A DNA stretch of 64,000 bases from Gemmatimonadota bacterium (GTDB lineage: Bacteria > Gemmatimonadota > Gemmatimonadetes > Palauibacterales > KS3-K002). Under the pieces are notes generated by a model, which was not told the origin of the DNA, searched no databases, and saw only the letters and a program-made list of their open reading frames with translations. Shown one piece after another: positions 59,556 through 64,000 of the stretch. Every line of letters starts with the position of its first letter. The first letter of the stretch is position 1. The stretch spans positions 64,001 to 128,000 of the forward strand of contig JBDHJS010000001.1 in assembly GCA_039586795.1 (NCBI GenBank), read 5' to 3'. A program made the translations under genes and the position numbers.

Positions 59556-61754
59556 TCAGTCCTCCTTGATGACGTAGAAGGTGCGCGACTGCCTCGCCAT
59601 CTGTTCGGCCAGCTTGTCCCAAACCCTGAGTCGGATCTCGTACTCACCGGGCGGGACATCCCGTGGATCGAGCGATAGGTACTCCGTGACTCGATCCCGA
59701 CCATCCATCTTGATCTCGCGGCTGAACCGCAGTTCAACGCGGTCGTCGCCAACGATGCTGAAGCCCCAAGAATCGGCCAGGCCGCCGATGAGGGTAGCCA
59801 GTCCGCCGCTACGGTTTATCCGTTTGACTCGAACTTGAATCGAGACGTCGATCGAGGCGAAACCTTCGGCGTCCTCTTCGAGCCCGTAAACCTCGTAGTA
59901 GAGGTGAATCGGATCGCCCGTTACGTACCCGACACCAGCATTCGCGGCAATGTCATAATCGAAGCGCTGGATCGGCTCATTGGTCAGCGGTCGAACAAAG
60001 TCCGCCAGCAGGATATCGCTCACAGCCAGAGAATCGAGCGGGAAGCTCGATATGGTGAACGTCTCGCGGGCGGCAGCGGCGCGCCAAGTCAGCGCGTCAC
60101 GAGTCTCTACCGCCGCCACCATTACGCCGCTGGGCGGCAGCAGCAGCCGCCAACTCCTGTACTCGTTGATCTCACCCGATTCTGAGTAAGCCACCATCTC
60201 GTCGAGTACCCGCTCTACCACCTTTTCGCCATCGGCGTTCAGCAAGAACATCCCCGTCTCGAACTCGCCCTCTTCCAGGTCGAGATCGCGTGACAACTCC
60301 ACGAGGGGGAGCGCGGCGTGGATCTCTACGGCCACCTCGGCCGGATCCTCGGCGCGGAATCGAGCGATCTGAACTGGCAGGTCGAGCAGTTCCGGAATCG
60401 ACGGAATGTTATCGTACTTCGCCGGTTGCATGTAGCGGATGTCATCCGCAACGAACTTGTAGTCGTCAGCGAAGTTCGCGGTTCGATATCCCGGCATCTG
60501 GCGAAAGATGAAGACCGGTCCATCTATGCCGTAGCTCCACAGGATAGACCGACGGCCAACCGTGTAGTCGTTGCCGAAGTTGGTGGTTTGAGCGGAGAAC
60601 GATGCGACTTCCGCCGGTGGTCCGTATCGCAGGAAGATGATACCGCGATCGGTCTGCCAACCCCGCTTGCCGTTCTCCGGCTCAGCGAACCGCAGATCCG
60701 CGTAGGCGAGGCGCGATAGGTGTTCGACACGTCGCTCGTTGGCTTCCGTCAAATAGAGCGGGTCGGACAGCTGCCAGAATCTCGAATTGAACTCGTCACG
60801 CTCCTCCGGCGTCAACGCCTCATACTCTTGCGCGTCACGACGCCTCATCACCTCGGCGAGATTCTCGACTTCGCGCCGTTCATCCTCGGTGAGTCGATCC
60901 AGGCAATTGTCGAACGCCTCCGCCGCGGCTTCCTCGCGTCCCAAGATGTGCAGACCCAGACCGATATAGAGGTAAGGCGCTGGCCGTTCAGGGTTCTCCG
61001 CAGTCAGCTGCCGCGCGATCGCCATGAACTCGCCCATGCGGTACTCGTCGATCAACTGCCCCATCAGACGGATCGACGCGGACACATGGCCCGGATTGTA
61101 GCGAATAGCCGCTCGGTAGTGCTCGATCATCTCCTCCTTGGGCACTATGCCCGATTCAATCTCGGAGGACATGTTCAAGTACTCGTTGACGTATCGCGGA
61201 CGTCGCTGATCGATGGGCGAGCCGACGGTCGTCTGGGGCGGACCCCTCAGAAGCGGAGCCAGGCGCCGGTTCTTGAGGACCTCGTACTCCATCTCCTTCA
61301 GGTAGCCAAGATTGAAGTGGACATCGGCCAGCACTTCTGGATCGCCCACCTTCTGCGCTTCCGAGAGCGCACGTCCGAAGAGCCGGCCGGCGTCAATCTT
61401 CATGTGCTGCTTCAATCTCAGCTGGGCCAACTCCAGGATGTAACGCGGATCGGATGGACTGATGCGCAACGCCTTTTCGAGGGCGTCCTCCGCCTTCAGG
61501 CGGTCAACGAAGTCGGTTTCGACGGCACTCGCCCGCTGCGTGTAGAGACGGCCTAGATGGTAGTAGGCATCGGCGAGGTTGGGATAGACGTCAAGCGCCT
61601 TCTCAAATGCTTCGAAAGCGAGCAGCGTGTCGCCCGCCGCAACGTGGGCTAGCCCCTCTTGCAAATAGCGGCGCGCCGTATCCTCCTGCGCATACGCCGC
61701 CTGAGCGAACACGACCACAAGGGCCGATAGCAGAGCTGAAAAGGAGTGCTTCAC
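59556..61754 (-). CDS. TPR plus GWxTD domain exported protein
   Basis: Signal peptide AYA-Q, TPR-like helices, GWQTDRGIIFLRYGPP. Confidence 0.88.
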   Translation of the reverse strand: MKHSFSALLSALVVVFAQAAYAQEDTARRYLQEGLAHVAAGDTLLAFEAFEKALDVYPNLADAYYHLGRLYTQRASAVETDFVDRLKAEDALEKALRISPSDPRYILELAQLRLKQHMKIDAGRLFGRALSEAQKVGDPEVLADVHFNLGYLKEMEYEVLKNRRLAPLLRGPPQTTVGSPIDQRRPRYVNEYLNMSSEIESGIVPKEEMIEHYRAAIRYNPGHVSASIRLMGQLIDEYRMGEFMAIARQLTAENPERPAPYLYIGLGLHILGREEAAAEAFDNCLDRLTEDERREVENLAEVMRRRDAQEYEALTPEERDEFNSRFWQLSDPLYLTEANERRVEHLSRLAYADLRFAEPENGKRGWQTDRGIIFLRYGPPAEVASFSAQTTNFGNDYTVGRRSILWSYGIDGPVFIFRQMPGYRTANFADDYKFVADDIRYMQPAKYDNIPSIPELLDLPVQIARFRAEDPAEVAVEIHAALPLVELSRDLDLEEGEFETGMFLLNADGEKVVERVLDEMVAYSESGEINEYRSWRLLLPPSGVMVAAVETRDALTWRAAAARETFTISSFPLDSLAVSDILLADFVRPLTNEPIQRFDYDIAANAGVGYVTGDPIHLYYEVYGLEEDAEGFASIDVSIQVRVKRINRSGGLATLIGGLADSWGFSIVGDDRVELRFSREIKMDGRDRVTEYLSLDPRDVPPGEYEIRLRVWDKLAEQMARQSRTFYVIKED

Positions 61755-62055
61755 GGCTGAGGCCCTTCCTTGAGTGCTTTCGAGAACCCGCGCATTTCTA
61801 AGTTACGGGCACGGATTGGCGAGGAAAAGGGGCGGCCCCGGCTCGTGCCACCTAAAGCTCTATAAGACAACATCTTGTGGGATCCGATCTCTGCCCGGTT
61901 TCACCGCGGCATCCTCCCTCAAAACGGGCAGCCGGTGCCCTTGCCCGACCCCCGGACGTCAGCCAACTTAGCCGCACTGGAAAGCCAACAAGCTCGGGCC
62001 CTCTTCTGGTCCGTACGACCGGAAGGCGGCGGTTGATTCCAAGCGGAGAGTGATA

Positions 62056-62166
62056 ATGGGTTTAGAAGGAGCGATACTCGTACCGATCCTGATCCTTAGC
62101 AGTGCGGCTATCATCTATTTCGGGCTGAACCACGTGCGCCAGCGCAAGCTGGAGGACGGCGAGTAG
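62056..62166 (+). CDS. Small single-TM protein (36 aa)
   Basis: GGAGAG RBS; MGLEGAILVPILILSSAAIIYFGLNHVRQRKLEDGE; absent from the ORF track. Confidence 0.6.
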   Translation: MGLEGAILVPILILSSAAIIYFGLNHVRQRKLEDGE

Positions 62167-62200
62167 CTCGTAGCGATCCGACATTGGGGAGAATCAGTCA

Positions 62201-63388
62201 ATGAGCGATCTGTTCGAACGGCTGCAGTCAGAGCTCCAGGTTATGCAGGAGCAGGGAGTGTACAAGCAGCTGATCCACCTTGACTCGCCGCAGGCAGCGG
62301 TGGTGAAGATCGCAGAGACCGGCGGAGAAGTCATCAATCTCTGTTCAAACAACTACCTGGGGTTGTGCAACACCCCGGAAGTCGTGGCGGCTGGTCGTGC
62401 CGCCTACGAGGAGTATGGCGCCGGGACGTCCTCTGTTCGTTTCATCTGTGGCACGTTCACGGTCCACCGGAAGTTGGAGGAGAAGATCGCCGAGTTTCTA
62501 GCAGTGGACTCTGCGCTTACCTACGTGTCGTGCTGGAATGCCAACACAGGGCTAACTCCAACCTTCCTAGAAGAACAAGACGCGCTGATCTCGGATGAGC
62601 TCAATCACGCATCGATCATCGACGGCGTTCGGATGACGAAGGCGATTCGGAGGATCTACAAGCACTCCGACATGGCGGATCTCGAGCAAGCGTTGAAGGA
62701 TACGCAGGATGCACGTCATCGATTCATCATCACGGATGGCGTGTTCTCGATGGAAGGCGACATCTGCAAGCTTCCCGACATCATGCAGCTGGCTGAGAAG
62801 TATGACGCAACGGTCGCAGTGGATGACTCACATGCGACCGGCGTTCTCGGCGAAACCGGAAGAGGAACACCGGAGCACTACGGTCTGCACGGCCAGGTTC
62901 CCGTTATCACGAGCACATTGGGCAAGGCGTTGGGTGGAGCCGCAGGAGGTTTCACCGCCGGCCCGGACGAGTTCACCGACTACCTGACCCAACGATCACG
63001 CCCAATGCTGTTTTCGAACGCGCTGCCACCAGCCACCGCGGCCCATTCGCTTGCTGCGATCGAGCATCTGGACAGCCATCCGGAACTCGTCCAGAAGCTG
63101 CGACAAAACACGCAGTATTTCAGGGAGAAGCTGTTGGAGTCGGGCTTCAAACCGATCGACGGGGACACACCGATCGTTCCAATCATCGTCGGCGAGACGG
63201 CGGAAGCGATTCGTATGAGTAAGATGTTGTTGGATGAGGGCGTATTCGTCATCGGCTTCGGTTTTCCAGTTGTTCCCCACGGCACGGCACGTATACGCTG
63301 TCAGGTTTCAGCCGCACACGAGACGGAACACCTCGACGCGGTGCTGGACGCGATGAAGAAGGTCGGCGGCAAGTTGGGAATCGTATAG
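62201..63388 (+). CDS. kbl: Glycine C-acetyltransferase (2-amino-3-ketobutyrate CoA ligase)
   Basis: CSNNYLGL, SVRFICGT, SDELNHASIIDG, PLP lysine in TLGKALGG. Confidence 0.9.
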   Translation: MSDLFERLQSELQVMQEQGVYKQLIHLDSPQAAVVKIAETGGEVINLCSNNYLGLCNTPEVVAAGRAAYEEYGAGTSSVRFICGTFTVHRKLEEKIAEFLAVDSALTYVSCWNANTGLTPTFLEEQDALISDELNHASIIDGVRMTKAIRRIYKHSDMADLEQALKDTQDARHRFIITDGVFSMEGDICKLPDIMQLAEKYDATVAVDDSHATGVLGETGRGTPEHYGLHGQVPVITSTLGKALGGAAGGFTAGPDEFTDYLTQRSRPMLFSNALPPATAAHSLAAIEHLDSHPELVQKLRQNTQYFREKLLESGFKPIDGDTPIVPIIVGETAEAIRMSKMLLDEGVFVIGFGFPVVPHGTARIRCQVSAAHETEHLDAVLDAMKKVGGKLGIV

Positions 63389-63428
63389 GCAAGCTGTTCG
63401 ATATAGACGTCTCGAACCCTATGAGATC

Positions 63429-64000
63429 ATGGCACTGATTGCTCCGAGCATTCTGAGCGCTGACTTCACTCGACTCGGTGAGCATATCGCGGAGGCCGAA
63501 GCGGGCGGCGCCGATTGGATTCACGTCGACGTGATGGACGGTCACTTCGTTCCGAACATCACCATCGGGCCGCTGATCGCAAGCGCCGCGCGACGCGCCA
63601 CCGAACTCCCCCTCGATGTTCACCTGATGATCGAGGAACCCGATCGCTACCTGGAGGACTTCGTGAAGGCGGGCGCCAACTGGCTGACCGTGCATCAGGA
63701 AGCGTGTCCGCACCTCCATCGAACGGTCCAGAAGATTCGCGAGCTCGGCGCCAGACCGGGTGTCTCGATAAACCCGGCGACGCCGGTCGAGACACTCGTG
63801 GACATTCTCCCCTTTGTCGACCTGGTTCTGATCATGACCGTGAACCCCGGCTTCGGAGGCCAGCGTTTCATCCCCGAATGTCTGAGCAAGTTGGTCCGCC
63901 TCAGCGGCATACTCGACCAGCTTCAGCGACATAATGTGGAAGTCGAGGTTGATGGAGGCATCGATCCGAAGACGGCACCGGCCGTCGTCTCAGCCGGAGC
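63429..64000 (+). CDS. rpe: Ribulose-phosphate 3-epimerase (runs off window end)
   Basis: Manual translation: MALIAPSILSADF, HVDVMDGHFVPN, DVHLM, MTVNPGFGGQ, EVDGGI. Confidence 0.97.
   Translation, partial: MALIAPSILSADFTRLGEHIAEAEAGGADWIHVDVMDGHFVPNITIGPLIASAARRATELPLDVHLMIEEPDRYLEDFVKAGANWLTVHQEACPHLHRTVQKIRELGARPGVSINPATPVETLVDILPFVDLVLIMTVNPGFGGQRFIPECLSKLVRLSGILDQLQRHNVEVEVDGGIDPKTAPAVVSAG

Overview
High-GC bacterial chromosomal window, mostly housekeeping and envelope genes. Gene content (GWxTD protein, PorX-like regulator, peptidase/propeller Omp85, mqnA, hcr-like cluster) suggests Gemmatimonadota; this is inference, not a database result. It carries rho, a stand-alone GyrA/ParC-type subunit, recF-dciA-gyrB, molybdenum-hydroxylase maturation genes (mocA, two xdhC), an hcrCAB-like Mo/FAD/FeS enzyme, two ECF sigma/anti-sigma cassettes, a GCS2-CBS ligase paired with an M14 deacylase, an envelope operon (GWxTD, propeller, TonB-like, PorX-like, MsbA, LpxL, GT2, DUF3108), kbl and rpe. 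I saw no rRNA, tRNA, CRISPR array or intact mobile element. The top lead is an FmdB-family zinc-ribbon gene whose TGA 'stop' (20404-20406) is followed 11 nt later by a 17-nt hairpin containing AGGU, the geometry of the E. coli fdhF SECIS, so it is probably a missed selenoprotein ~1.5 kb upstream of the hcr-like cluster. Other leads are GyrB with a histone-H1-like N-terminal tail, a GyrA paralogue without the blade-1 GyrA-box, a PorX-like regulator coupled to msbA, a tandem PLAT-like protein, a TfoX/CPBP gene-fragment scar, short tandem/inverted repeat elements and a 36-aa membrane ORF missing from the track. All family assignments come from motif recognition by eye.
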